Shown: positions 1 through 9,736 of the stretch, piece by piece
How the letters are laid out: every line of letters begins with the position of its first letter
Numbering within the stretch: position 1 is the first letter of the stretch
NCBI GenBank assembly: GCA_963715195.1
Contig: CAVQRT010000030.1
Span: 128,001-192,000, forward strand
DNA from: Thermodesulfovibrionales bacterium
GTDB lineage: Bacteria > Nitrospirota > Thermodesulfovibrionia > Thermodesulfovibrionales > SM23-35
DNA: 64,000 nucleotides
Direction of reading: 5' to 3'
Position numbers and translations under genes: made by a program
Notes under the pieces: generated by a model
Seen by the model: the letters and a program-made list of their open reading frames with translations, nothing else
What the model was told of the DNA's origin: nothing
Databases searched by the model: none

Positions 1-1
1 A

Positions 2-154
2 GAACATATGGAAGAAGTTTTTGTACATATTCCGAAGCAAGAAAAACTAAATAAGCACCGCATGGTATGTGATTTCATCGCCGGTATGACGGACAGATTT
101 GCGCTCATGACCTACGAAAGGCTTTTCCTCCCTCAGCAGTGGACAGTTTTATAA
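2..154 (+). CDS. dgt: dGTP triphosphohydrolase, C-terminal end (5' truncated by window)
   Basis: Manual translation ...HRMVCDFIAGMTDRFALMTYERLFLPQQWTVL*; DFIAGMTDRFA is the dGTPase C-terminal motif. Confidence 0.85.
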   Translation, partial: EHMEEVFVHIPKQEKLNKHRMVCDFIAGMTDRFALMTYERLFLPQQWTVL

Positions 155-224
155 AGAAACGTTCCTTAACTGCCTCACCTTATCATATGCTTAAATGATG
201 AAAGATATATTATAATAGGGCCGT

Positions 225-830
225 ATGACGTTCGGCGAGGAACTCAGAAAAATCATGAAGGCCCAGGGGATAAAGGCCATAACTCTCGCCAGGAGAATGG
301 GGGTTAGCTGTGCATATGTGAGTCAGTTACTCACCGGCATCAGAAAGCCCGGCAGAGAAACATTGTTAAAACTCTCAAAGGCACTTGAAATACCGCCGGA
401 ACATCTTCTGATAATCGAGTCGGATCTTCCCACCGCAACGAAATTCCCGAGAAAAATACCCATTCTCAATGAGATAAAAATACGGGAATGGCCTGACTTG
501 GATGATTTAGCCTATCCTGCCCACGTTTCAAATGATTTCGAGTATGCAACAACAGATGATCCCCATGCTTTTTATATAACGCCGAAAGGTCTTCTGTCAT
601 GCTGCGGGTTGGAGTTGTGCGACCTTTTTCTGGTCGAACCAGGGAAAAATATTATGCATGGTGATACAGTCCTGCTTCATTCTGCTCAGGGTTTTTCGAT
701 CAGAAAGCATATCATCAGAGATAATATGACCATCCTCGTAGGTGACAAAGAGGATCCCATCATTTTTACCGAAAAAAATAAAGAACAATTGAAATCGTAC
801 AAAGTCAGCCAGTGTATTAAGAAGCTGTAA
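225..830 (+). CDS. XRE/cI-like HTH transcriptional regulator with degenerate S24-like C-terminal domain
   Basis: N-terminal HTH (LARRMGVSCAYVSQLLTGIRKP); C-terminal part resembles the LexA/cI peptidase fold but lacks the GDSM and Ala-Gly motifs. Confidence 0.8.
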   Translation: MTFGEELRKIMKAQGIKAITLARRMGVSCAYVSQLLTGIRKPGRETLLKLSKALEIPPEHLLIIESDLPTATKFPRKIPILNEIKIREWPDLDDLAYPAHVSNDFEYATTDDPHAFYITPKGLLSCCGLELCDLFLVEPGKNIMHGDTVLLHSAQGFSIRKHIIRDNMTILVGDKEDPIIFTEKNKEQLKSYKVSQCIKKL

Positions 831-857
831 TTATTCCCCCTATCCTTCAGTTTCCTC

Positions 858-886
858 TTGACTTTTATTTTAGCATTTGCTAATTT
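858..886 (+). promoter_or_regulatory. Sigma70-like promoter TTGACT-N17-TAATTT with palindromic operator TTAGCA-tt-TGCTAA (870-883)
   Basis: Read directly from sequence; TG extension before the -10. Confidence 0.55.
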
Positions 887-919
887 ATATACCGAAATAT
901 TTCCTGTGCTCCCCCCTTT

Positions 920-963
920 GATAGTGGCAGGGGAATAGCTCCTGTCACTATCTCTTTTATTTT
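920..963 (+). terminator. Intrinsic terminator
   Basis: 14-bp stem GATAGTGGCAGGGG / CTCCTGTCACTATC (two G-U pairs), 5-nt loop, followed by TCTTTTATTTT. Confidence 0.8.
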
Positions 964-1027
964 GTGTCAAAAAGCTGTTTATGTCAGCATCATGTGCCTT
1001 ACATGTTCATTCATATATAATGGAAAT

Positions 1028-2020
1028 ATGCCGGCCAATCTTCCGCCTGAATATTTTGAAGCAGAAAAGAGATTCAAACAGGCGGAGGCACCTTCAGAAA
1101 AAATTGCGGCCCTTGAGGACCTCTTATCCACCATCCCAAAACACAAGGGAACAGACAAACTAAGAGCTGATTTACGAAGGAAGCTCTCCCAGCTCAGGAA
1201 GGATGCTGTCAACAGGAAAAAGGGCGGCCGGGGTGACTTATATGTGGTAGAGAAAGAGGGTGCAGCCCAAATAGCACTGGTCGGGTTTCCTAACTCCGGG
1301 AAATCTTCCCTGCTCTCATGCCTCACCAATGCCAATCCCGTGATTGCAGAGTACCCCCTTTCGACGCTTACCCCTTTGCCTGGCATGATGCCCTTCGAGG
1401 ATATCCAGTTTCAGCTCGTGGATCTCCCCCCAATTGGCAACGAAGCTACAGATGGATGGGTATCCGGCATTCTGCGGTATACCGATGCCCTTCTCCTTGT
1501 CATTGATTTGACTGAAGCCCCTGATATCCAGGCTGAACTGCTGATTGACCAGCTCACCCGTTGGAATATTTACCCGAAAGCAAAAACCGACATCAGGAAA
1601 TCACCTGACAATGTTCCTTCTCGTGTGTCCAAAAAAACCCTTATTGCCGGAAACAAAATGGATTTTGCAACCTACAGTGATGGTTTCCTGGAGCTCGAAG
1701 GGAAATATAATCAACTCTATCAGTGCATTGCTGTATCAGCCCTCAGAAAAGAGAATCTGGAGGAACTGAAAAGGGCGCTTTTTGAAATTTCTGCGATAAT
1801 CAGAGTATATTCAAAACCCCCGGGAAAAGAACCCGATCTTTCAAAACCATTCACGATTCCGGAAGGTTCAACAATCCTTGATCTCGCGCGATTCATTCAT
1901 AAGGATTTCCTCTTTCATCTGAAATACGCGCGGGTATGGGGTTCTGCGAAGTTTGATGGCCAGCGTGTGGAGAAGAATCACATCTTGAAAGACAGGGATA
2001 TCGTCGAACTTAATGCATGA
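1028..2020 (+). CDS. DRG/Rbg1-like Obg-family GTPase with C-terminal TGS domain
   Basis: MPANLPPEY start, PKHKGT motif, G1 GFPNSGKS, G3 DLPP, G4 NKMD, TGS (IHKDF..YARVWG); start moved from 962 to ATG 1028. Confidence 0.85.
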   Translation: MPANLPPEYFEAEKRFKQAEAPSEKIAALEDLLSTIPKHKGTDKLRADLRRKLSQLRKDAVNRKKGGRGDLYVVEKEGAAQIALVGFPNSGKSSLLSCLTNANPVIAEYPLSTLTPLPGMMPFEDIQFQLVDLPPIGNEATDGWVSGILRYTDALLLVIDLTEAPDIQAELLIDQLTRWNIYPKAKTDIRKSPDNVPSRVSKKTLIAGNKMDFATYSDGFLELEGKYNQLYQCIAVSALRKENLEELKRALFEISAIIRVYSKPPGKEPDLSKPFTIPEGSTILDLARFIHKDFLFHLKYARVWGSAKFDGQRVEKNHILKDRDIVELNA

Positions 2021-2061
2021 GGAACATGCTGAAGATTTATCAATTGCCGGATATCAGAGAA

Positions 2062-4470
2062 TCAGTCTTTTTCAGCAACCTTCCCGATGCTCACAATCTT
2101 GTCATCGCCTTCCACATCCATAAGTCTCACACCCTGAGTATTTCTTCCATGCAATGATATGTTGCCGGCAAGCGTTCTTATGAGTTTTCCTGAACTGGTT
2201 ATCATGACCACCTCATCCTCATCCCGAACCTGCATTAGCCCGACAGCTTTCCCGCCCTTATGGATGATCTTAATGGATATAACGCCTTTTCCGCCACGAC
2301 TCTGAACCGGATATTCTTCGATCCTTGAACGCTTTCCTAACCCCTTTTCGGTTACCGTCAGAATTGCCGTCTTTTCTCCTGCAACTTCGGCAGAGACAAC
2401 CTCGTCTCCCTTGATGAGTCGGATCCCCCTCACGCCTTTTGCGGTCCGGCCCATGTTACGGACGTCTTCCTCATTGAACCGGATTGAAAGGCCTTTTTTG
2501 GTTCCGATGATGAGATCGCTCTTGCCGTCAGTCTTTCTGACCGAAATAAGCTCGTCCCCTTCTTCGAGCGTGACAGCAATAATACCCTTCCCCCGCGGGT
2601 TGCTGTATTCCTCAAGGGCTGTCTTCTTGACCGTTCCATTCTTCGTAAACATTACCAGGAATCCTTCCTTGAAGTTGCGGACGGGAAGCGCCGTCGTAAT
2701 CCGCTCTTCCTCTGATAATGCAAGAAGATTCACGAGAGCTTTTCCTTTTGCAGCACGGCCTGCTTCCGGAATCTGGTAGATCTTCAGCCAGTAAAGGCGT
2801 CCGAGGTTCGAAAAGAAAAGCATATAATCATGTGTGGCGCCTATGAAGAGTTCACTCACAAAATCCTCTTCCTTTGTCTCCATGCCGATGAGCCCTTTCC
2901 CGCCCCTTCTCTGGCTGCGGTAAGCGCTCAGGGGATTCCTCTTGATGTATCCCTGATGAGAGAGGGTTATGACCATCTCCTCATCGGTTATCAAGTCTTC
3001 CATGGTTATTTCTTTCGTCTCCGAAGTAATCTCTGTCTTTCTCTCATCAGTGTATTTGTTCCGTATCTCGAGCAGTTCATCCTTAATGATCTGGGAAACA
3101 AGCGCTTCATTTTCGAGGATTGCTTTCAGTCTCGCTATTTCCTTGAGTGTATCTGTATATTCCCTGACGATCTTCTCCCTTTCAAGACCGGTCAGCCTCT
3201 GGAGTTTCATGTCGAGGATAGCCTGAGCCTGTAATGCTGTTAACGGATAATCCCTCATTAAGCCGGTCCTTGCTTCTTCAGGCGTCTTCGAACTCCTGAT
3301 GAGGGCTATTATTGCATCAAGATGATCGAGGGCAACTTTCAGTCCTTCAAGGATATGTGCCCGCTCTTCCGCCTTCTGCAGTTCAAACCGTGTCCTCCTA
3401 AGGACGACATCCCGCCTATGCTGCAGGAACTGACTGAGCAGTCGCTTGAGAGTGAGGATTCGTGGCTGACCATTGACGAGGGCAAGCAGGATAATGCCGA
3501 ACGTCGTTTCCATCTGTGTATGTTTATAAAGATTGTTCAGGATAACCTGTGCCATCTCGCCTCTTTTCAGCTCAATCACAATCCTTATCCCATCTCTGTC
3601 AGACTCGTCTCTGAGTTCGGATATGCCCTCAACGGTTTTTTCCCGCACCAGTTCCGCCATCTTTTCGATCAGGCGTGCCTTGTTCACCTGATACGGAAGT
3701 TCCGTTATGATAATGTTTTCTCCACCCCTGTGTTCGCGCTCAATCCTTGCCTTTGCCCTGACCTTAATGAGTCCCTTCCCCTCATTATATGCCTGCATAA
3801 TCCCGTCAACGCCGTGGATGATTCCGCCCGTCGGAAAATCAGGTCCCTTTATCAAAGATAGTAAGTCCCTGAGTGTTGCATCGGGATTATCAAGAAGCAG
3901 GACAAGTCCGTCAATAATCTCACCCAGATTGTGGGGTGGTATATTTGTAGCCATCCCAACAGCTATGCCGGATGACCCGTTGACGATCAAATTCGGAACC
4001 CGTGAAGGAAGAACGACAGGTTCCTCGGTTGTTTCATCGAAATTCGAAATAAAATCAACGGTATTCTTATCGATATCAGCGAGCAGTTCCTCCGCAATCG
4101 CCGCAAGACGGGCTTCAGTGTACCGGTAGGCAGCAGCGGGGTCACCGTCGACAGACCCAAAGTTCCCTTGACCGTCGACAAGCGGATACCGCATGTTGAA
4201 GTCCTGAGCAAGTCTGACCAGCGCATCATACACTGCCGTATCGCCGTGCGGATGGTATTTCTTTAAGACTTCACCGACAACACCGGCTGATTTGGAGTAC
4301 TTGCGCCCCGGCAGGAGGCCTTCCCTGAACATTGCATACAGGATTCTTCTTTGAACGGGCTTTAAGCCATCTCTCACTTCAGGAAGCGCCCTTCCGATGA
4401 TAACGCTCATGGCGTAATCAAGATAGGAGCCCTTCATTTCTTCTTCTATGCTGATAGGTACCTTTGCCAT
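2062..4470 (-). CDS. gyrA: DNA gyrase subunit A
   Basis: [17 protein letters not shown], catalytic AAYRYTE, GyrA-box QRRGGKG; AGGAGA RBS before ATG 4470. Confidence 0.97.
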   Translation of the reverse strand: MAKVPISIEEEMKGSYLDYAMSVIIGRALPEVRDGLKPVQRRILYAMFREGLLPGRKYSKSAGVVGEVLKKYHPHGDTAVYDALVRLAQDFNMRYPLVDGQGNFGSVDGDPAAAYRYTEARLAAIAEELLADIDKNTVDFISNFDETTEEPVVLPSRVPNLIVNGSSGIAVGMATNIPPHNLGEIIDGLVLLLDNPDATLRDLLSLIKGPDFPTGGIIHGVDGIMQAYNEGKGLIKVRAKARIEREHRGGENIIITELPYQVNKARLIEKMAELVREKTVEGISELRDESDRDGIRIVIELKRGEMAQVILNNLYKHTQMETTFGIILLALVNGQPRILTLKRLLSQFLQHRRDVVLRRTRFELQKAEERAHILEGLKVALDHLDAIIALIRSSKTPEEARTGLMRDYPLTALQAQAILDMKLQRLTGLEREKIVREYTDTLKEIARLKAILENEALVSQIIKDELLEIRNKYTDERKTEITSETKEITMEDLITDEEMVITLSHQGYIKRNPLSAYRSQRRGGKGLIGMETKEEDFVSELFIGATHDYMLFFSNLGRLYWLKIYQIPEAGRAAKGKALVNLLALSEEERITTALPVRNFKEGFLVMFTKNGTVKKTALEEYSNPRGKGIIAVTLEEGDELISVRKTDGKSDLIIGTKKGLSIRFNEEDVRNMGRTAKGVRGIRLIKGDEVVSAEVAGEKTAILTVTEKGLGKRSRIEEYPVQSRGGKGVISIKIIHKGGKAVGLMQVRDEDEVVMITSSGKLIRTLAGNISLHGRNTQGVRLMDVEGDDKIVSIGKVAEKD

Positions 4471-4550
4471 TGAATCTCCTTTAGGAAATAAAGACAACCG
4501 TTATTTTACCATATTGCTTTTTGGAGCAGTTTAAAAATATAATTTAGCAC

Positions 4551-6086
4551 ATGCTATCTAAAACCCTCAGCGCAAGCATCATTGGCATTGATGCCCATAT
4601 TGTGGATGTTGAAGTAGACATCACTTCACGGGGGCTTCCGCATTTTTCGATGGTGGGGCTGCCCGATACGGCGGTAAAGGAATCGAAGGACCGGGTAAGG
4701 GCAGCCCTCAAAAACATCGGATTCCATTTTCCGCGGAAGCAGATTACGGTCAATCTTGCCCCTGCAGACCTAAAGAAAGAAGGTTCATCGTTCGATCTTC
4801 CGATAGCAATCGGTATTATCATTGCAGAAGGGGTGCTCGAACTGTCAGCGGCTGAAGGCTATCTCTTTACCGGAGAGCTATCCCTGAACGGCTCAATCAA
4901 GCCGGTTAGAGGAGCTCTGTCAATGGCAATCAGGGCGCGTGAACTCGGCCTCAAAGGCATCATTCTCCCGGAGGAAAATGCACCTGAGGCAGCAGTAGTC
5001 AACAATGTATCTGTTTTTGGGGTAAAGAGCCTGCCTGATGTGCTCGATTTTTTACAGGATGGAAAAACACCGAATCCCTATCAGGTTGATGTCCATTCCG
5101 CAATGCAGGAGAGTTCTGTGTACGAAGACAATTTTATAGATGTGAAGGGGCAGGAACACGCAAAAAGAGCCTTTGAAGTTGCTGCTGCCGGAGGCCACAA
5201 CATCCTGATGATCGGTCCTCCCGGTTCCGGAAAAACCATGCTCGCGAAAAGGCTTCCGACAATCCTGCCGGGAATGACATTCAACGAGGCCCTTGAGACC
5301 ACAAAAATACACAGTGTCGCCGGATTACTCAGGGATGGGCAATCCCTGCTCGCCATACGGCCATTCCGTTGTCCTCACCACACGATATCGGATGTTGCCT
5401 TAATAGGCGGCGGCCAAACTCCGAAACCGGGTGAAGTAAGCCTTGCCCATAACGGCGTCCTTTTTCTGGACGAGCTGCCGGAATTCAAACGGAATGTGCT
5501 TGAAGTGTTGCGGCAGCCGCTCGAAAACGGAGATGTAACCGTTTCGAGGGCAGTGGCCTCAATTACGTATCCGTCGTCGTTTATGCTGGTGAGTGCCATG
5601 AACCCGTGCCCGTGCGGGTATTTTGGAGACACCCGCCATCAGTGTACCTGCACTCCGGGACAGGTGCACCGCTACCGGTATAAGGTTTCCGGTCCGCTCA
5701 TGGACAGAATTGACATCCATATCGAAGTGCCCGCCGTGCCATACAAGGAATTGTCGAACCAATATTCGGGAGAGCCATCAGAAGATATCAGGAAACGGGT
5801 TGTTGCTGCACGGAATATTCAGCTTGAGCGCTTCAGGAATGACAAAAAGATTTATGCGAACGGGCAGATGAAGACACGGCATATCAAAAAATTCTGCACC
5901 CTCAGACCTGATGCGCAGACGCTGCTCGATGCAGCCATGCAGAAGCTCGGCCTGTCTGCACGGGCTTACACGAGAATATTGAAGGTCTCACGCTCTATTG
6001 CCGACCTCGAGTCTTCAGAAGATATTCAGTCCCACCACATTGCAGAGGCGATTCAATACAGGACACTGGATCGAGGAGTGTTTTGA
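4551..6086 (+). CDS. comM: YifB/ComM Mg-chelatase-like AAA+ ATPase
   Basis: VGLPDTAVKES, GPPGSGKT, PHHT, GEVSLAHNGVLFLDE, NPCPCG. Confidence 0.93.
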   Translation: MLSKTLSASIIGIDAHIVDVEVDITSRGLPHFSMVGLPDTAVKESKDRVRAALKNIGFHFPRKQITVNLAPADLKKEGSSFDLPIAIGIIIAEGVLELSAAEGYLFTGELSLNGSIKPVRGALSMAIRARELGLKGIILPEENAPEAAVVNNVSVFGVKSLPDVLDFLQDGKTPNPYQVDVHSAMQESSVYEDNFIDVKGQEHAKRAFEVAAAGGHNILMIGPPGSGKTMLAKRLPTILPGMTFNEALETTKIHSVAGLLRDGQSLLAIRPFRCPHHTISDVALIGGGQTPKPGEVSLAHNGVLFLDELPEFKRNVLEVLRQPLENGDVTVSRAVASITYPSSFMLVSAMNPCPCGYFGDTRHQCTCTPGQVHRYRYKVSGPLMDRIDIHIEVPAVPYKELSNQYSGEPSEDIRKRVVAARNIQLERFRNDKKIYANGQMKTRHIKKFCTLRPDAQTLLDAAMQKLGLSARAYTRILKVSRSIADLESSEDIQSHHIAEAIQYRTLDRGVF

Positions 6087-6104
6087 TCGTATTTGGAGAT
6101 TATA

Positions 6105-6563
6105 CTAAAAATAGTCATCCCATCGAAAAATTAAGGGCGGCTGATCGCTCTTTAATAGCCCAGCTTCCACAATACTCCCGATGAAAAGGGAATGATCTCC
6201 GGCAGTAAATGCATCAGTAAGTTTGCACTCCAAGAAAGCCATCGCATCCTTGAGAACCGGGGATCCGTTCGGGGCATCAAAATAAGGGATGTTCTGAAAT
6301 TTGTCGTGTTTTCTGCCACTCCTGAACCCGAAGCTCTGGGCCAATCCCTCCTGTCCTTCTGCCAGGACATTTATCGCAAAATATCCTGATTCCTTAATCA
6401 AGCCATAGGTATACCGTGCGGGAGCAATGGATACCATCAGCAGCACCGGATTCATCGAAACCTGTGCTATCCAGGCTGCCGTCATTCCGTTCATTCTCTC
6501 TTTCGTCCTGGCACTTACGATGTAAACGCCGTGAGTAATTGCCTTTGCGACAATGTCTTGCAT
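6105..6563 (-). CDS. Flavin reductase family protein
   Basis: GVYIVS, NGMTAAW, FAINVL, GDHSLFIG motifs; RBS before ATG 6563. Confidence 0.85.
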   Translation of the reverse strand: MQDIVAKAITHGVYIVSARTKERMNGMTAAWIAQVSMNPVLLMVSIAPARYTYGLIKESGYFAINVLAEGQEGLAQSFGFRSGRKHDKFQNIPYFDAPNGSPVLKDAMAFLECKLTDAFTAGDHSLFIGSIVEAGLLKSDQPPLIFRWDDYF

Positions 6564-6651
6564 GATGACCCCCTTCCAGCCTTTTTCTGATACCATAGCA
6601 CATCTTTCCTGATATTGTGAGAAGAGGGAACCACGCTTACTTACCTGACCT

Positions 6652-6681
6652 TTGACAGATAATAGTTTTTCCCCGTACAAT
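6652..6681 (+). promoter_or_regulatory. Sigma70 promoter of the menaquinone operon (TTGACA-N18-TACAAT)
   Basis: Near-consensus hexamers about 155 nt upstream of ubiD-like ATG. Confidence 0.6.
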
Positions 6682-6837
6682 TGAGTGAACACTCACTCGA
6701 ATAAGACAGGGAATATTGGTGAGCTGGGTACTGGGCGAGTCAGAGGCGAAAAAGAATAGAACATTCAGGTTTTCATTATACAGTGCTGCAAAGCCGTTAA
6801 AAGATATATTCGAGTCGGGACTTGTTGGAGAACAATT

Positions 6838-8283
6838 ATGACATGCAACGACCTGAGAGAATTCATCGGGTTTCTTGAAGCCAAAAAAGAACTGATTCGC
6901 ATCAGGGAAGAGGTCGATCCGGTACTCGAAGTCACGGAGATCACCGACAGGATATCAAAAAAACAGGGGCCAGCCCTCCTCTTCGAGAAGGTGAAAGGTT
7001 CCCGGTATCCTATTGCAATCAACCTCTTCGGCTCTTACCAGAGGATGGCCTGGGCTCTCGGGTTGCAGAATTTCAGCGAGATCGGGCATCAATTTTCTCC
7101 ACTCTTACAGACAGCCCCCGACATGAAATTCATGCAGAAAATCGAGGTCCTCTTTGATCTTTACAAGCTCAGCACATCCAAACCGAAAGAGATAAAGAAC
7201 GCCCCGTGCCAGGAAATTATCAACAATAAAGACTTCTCACTCTTTGATTATCCAATTCTGCAATGCTGGCCCGGGGATGCCGGACGTTTCATCACGCTTC
7301 CACTGGTCATCACCAAGGATCCTGAAAGCGGAAAACAGAATCTGGGGATGTACCGCATGCAGGTATTCGACGAAAAGACCACAGGAATGCACTGGCATAC
7401 CCATCATGACGGGGCGGTGAATTTCCGGAAATATGCAAAACTCGGCAGGAGAACCGAGGTCGCCGTTGCGATTGGCGGAGACCCTGTAACGATCTTTTCG
7501 GCAACAGCGCCGCTGCCCTATGGGATTGAAGAACTTTTTTTTGCAGGCTTCCTCAGAAAAAAAGCTTTAGAAGTGGTGAAAGCAAAGACGGTTGATCTCC
7601 TTGTGCCTGCGCACGCCGAAATTATCCTTGAAGGATACGTTGAGCCTGCAGAGGAGCGGATCGAGGGTCCGTTCGGTGATCATACCGGTTATTATTCTAT
7701 GTCAGGAATGTATCCGGTCTTCCACGTCACCTGTATCACGCAGAGACGAGATCCGGTTTATCCCGCAACGATCGTGGGGAAACCGCCGATGGAAGACTGT
7801 TATATGGGGAAGGCCACTGAGCGGATGTTTCTTCCCTTTGTGAAAATGCAGATGCCCGAGATCGTCGATATGAACCTTCCTCTTGAAGGAGTCTTTCACA
7901 ACTGCGCTTTAATCTCCATCAAAAAGTCATATCCGATGCATGCGCGAAAAGTCATGAATGCGATCTGGGGACTCGGACAGATGATGTTTACGAAGTTCAT
8001 CTTCATTTTCGATGAGGATGTCAATGTGCAGAATACCTCTGAAGCAGCGTGGAAGGCTTTCAACAATGTTGACCCGTCAAGGGATATCCTCATTTCAGAG
8101 GGGCCCCTCGATGTTCTCGACCACTCTTCACCCAGGCCCATATATGGGGCAAAGATGGGCATCGATGCTACAAAGAAATGGCCTGAGGAAGGATATCAGC
8201 GGGAATGGCCGGATGAAATTCATATGTCCGATGAGATCAGGGAACTCGTTGACAAGCGGTGGAAGGAATATGGCTTTCAATAA
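6838..8283 (+). CDS. ubiD: UbiD-family menaquinone biosynthesis decarboxylase (MqnL-like)
   Basis: NLGMYRMQ, EGPFGDHTGYY, GKPPMED, KMGIDATKKW; mqn context. Confidence 0.92.
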   Translation: MTCNDLREFIGFLEAKKELIRIREEVDPVLEVTEITDRISKKQGPALLFEKVKGSRYPIAINLFGSYQRMAWALGLQNFSEIGHQFSPLLQTAPDMKFMQKIEVLFDLYKLSTSKPKEIKNAPCQEIINNKDFSLFDYPILQCWPGDAGRFITLPLVITKDPESGKQNLGMYRMQVFDEKTTGMHWHTHHDGAVNFRKYAKLGRRTEVAVAIGGDPVTIFSATAPLPYGIEELFFAGFLRKKALEVVKAKTVDLLVPAHAEIILEGYVEPAEERIEGPFGDHTGYYSMSGMYPVFHVTCITQRRDPVYPATIVGKPPMEDCYMGKATERMFLPFVKMQMPEIVDMNLPLEGVFHNCALISIKKSYPMHARKVMNAIWGLGQMMFTKFIFIFDEDVNVQNTSEAAWKAFNNVDPSRDILISEGPLDVLDHSSPRPIYGAKMGIDATKKWPEEGYQREWPDEIHMSDEIRELVDKRWKEYGFQ

Positions 8284-9142
8284 GATCCGAATCTACCTCG
8301 AAATGATCAAATTCCAGCACAGCATCTTTGCGCTTCCCTTTGCGTATCTCGGTGCGTTTCTTGCGGAAATGCGGATTCCGTCTTTCCTTTCGCTTTTCTG
8401 GATCACTCTCGCAATGGTCGGTGCGCGGAGTTTCGCCATGGCAATGAACCGCCTGATTGACAGGGAAATCGACCGGAGGAACCCGAGGACAGCCGAACGG
8501 GCATTGCCAAAGGGTCTTCTCCAGAGCTCCAACGTTATAATATTTTCTCTCGCAAGTTTGTCGGTTTTCCTCATGGCGGTTTACAACCTCGCGCCCGTCT
8601 GCCGGTATCTCTGGCCTCTTGTGGTCATTCCCTTTGTCATCTATCCTTATACAAAACGTTTCACCTGGCTTTCCCATTTCATTCTCGGCCTCTGCCTCGG
8701 CCTCGCACCTGTCGGGGCATGGATCGCGGTTACAAACTCCGTTACCATCGAACCTTTCCTATTGGGAGCAGCCGTACTCTGCTGGGTCGCAGGATTTGAC
8801 ATATTTTATGCGATTCAGGATATGGAATTTGACCAAGAGCACAAACTCTATTCAATACCTGCGAACTTTGGGATTAAAGCATCTCTTGCATTCACCAAGC
8901 TCCTCCATCTCACCGCGATCTCATTGCTGGCCTGGACCGGTGTCCGTCTTGACTTGGGGATTTTTTATTTTCTTGGGGTATTCATTGCGGGTGTACTTCT
9001 TGCCTACGAAAACAGCATTATCAAACCGGATGATTTATCAAAATTAAATATGGCCTTTTTCACCATGAACGGAGTGATCAGTATGCTGATGTTTTTCTTT
9101 GTGGCAATCGAAGTCGTATCGAGGGGGATGAACATTGGCTGA
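8270..9142 (+). CDS. ubiA: UbiA-family polyprenyltransferase (MqnP-like)
   Basis: HSIFALPFAY, NRLIDREIDRRNPRT, FDIFYAIQD; start set at ATG 8270 overlapping ubiD end. Confidence 0.92.
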   Translation: MAFNKIRIYLEMIKFQHSIFALPFAYLGAFLAEMRIPSFLSLFWITLAMVGARSFAMAMNRLIDREIDRRNPRTAERALPKGLLQSSNVIIFSLASLSVFLMAVYNLAPVCRYLWPLVVIPFVIYPYTKRFTWLSHFILGLCLGLAPVGAWIAVTNSVTIEPFLLGAAVLCWVAGFDIFYAIQDMEFDQEHKLYSIPANFGIKASLAFTKLLHLTAISLLAWTGVRLDLGIFYFLGVFIAGVLLAYENSIIKPDDLSKLNMAFFTMNGVISMLMFFFVAIEVVSRGMNIG

Positions 9143-9731
9143 TTATGTAATCGGTATTACCGGAGCAAGCGGCAGCATTTACGGCGTCAGATTGGTTCAC
9201 GAGCTTTCGGCAAGAAATCATCATATCCATGTGGTTATCACCAATGCCGGCATGAAGGTCATGGAGGAGGAATTGGGGATATCGGGGCCGAAAGAAATAG
9301 AGAAATTGCTCCTATACCCGAAGAAAGCTCAGGTCAGGATCTGGCAGAATGATGATTTTACCGCACCGTTCATGAGTGGCTCGAATGCTTTTGAAGCTGT
9401 TGTCATTATTCCATGCAGTGTCGGAAAATTGGCCGCGATTGCGAACGGCATCTCCAGCAACCTCCTGGAGCGTACAACCGACGTTGCGCTCAAAGAAAAA
9501 AGGCAGCTCATCCTGGTTGTGCGGGAGACTCCCCTGAGCATTATTCATCTTGAGAATATGGTTAGGGTTGCAAAGGCAGGGGCACAGGTAATGCCTGCCA
9601 TGCCGGCATTCTATCACCATCCGAAAACAGTTGACGACATGGTTAATTTCATCGTGGGCAAGGTTCTGAATCTCCTGAGGATTGAGCATAATCTGTTGAG
9701 AGGATGGGGATCAATACAGAAAAAAGATTGA
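9135..9731 (+). CDS. ubiX: UbiX flavin prenyltransferase
   Basis: GITGASG, SGS, PCS, RETP, PAMPAFYHHP. Confidence 0.93.
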   Translation: MADYVIGITGASGSIYGVRLVHELSARNHHIHVVITNAGMKVMEEELGISGPKEIEKLLLYPKKAQVRIWQNDDFTAPFMSGSNAFEAVVIIPCSVGKLAAIANGISSNLLERTTDVALKEKRQLILVVRETPLSIIHLENMVRVAKAGAQVMPAMPAFYHHPKTVDDMVNFIVGKVLNLLRIEHNLLRGWGSIQKKD

Positions 9732-9736
9732 ATAAC

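Noticed and set aside
870..883. CIRCE (HrcA) element
   Set aside because: Outer arms TTAGCA/TGCTAA match but CIRCE needs TTAGCACTC-N9-GAGTGCTAA; here the spacer is 2 nt and no chaperone gene follows
2411..4229. Many short ORFs overlapping gyrA and other long genes
   Set aside because: Antisense or alternate-frame shadows without recognisable motifs or RBS
4230..4260. Quinolone-resistance change in gyrA (Thr at the Ser83-equivalent)
   Set aside because: Thr is the wild-type residue in several bacteria; not evidence of acquired resistance
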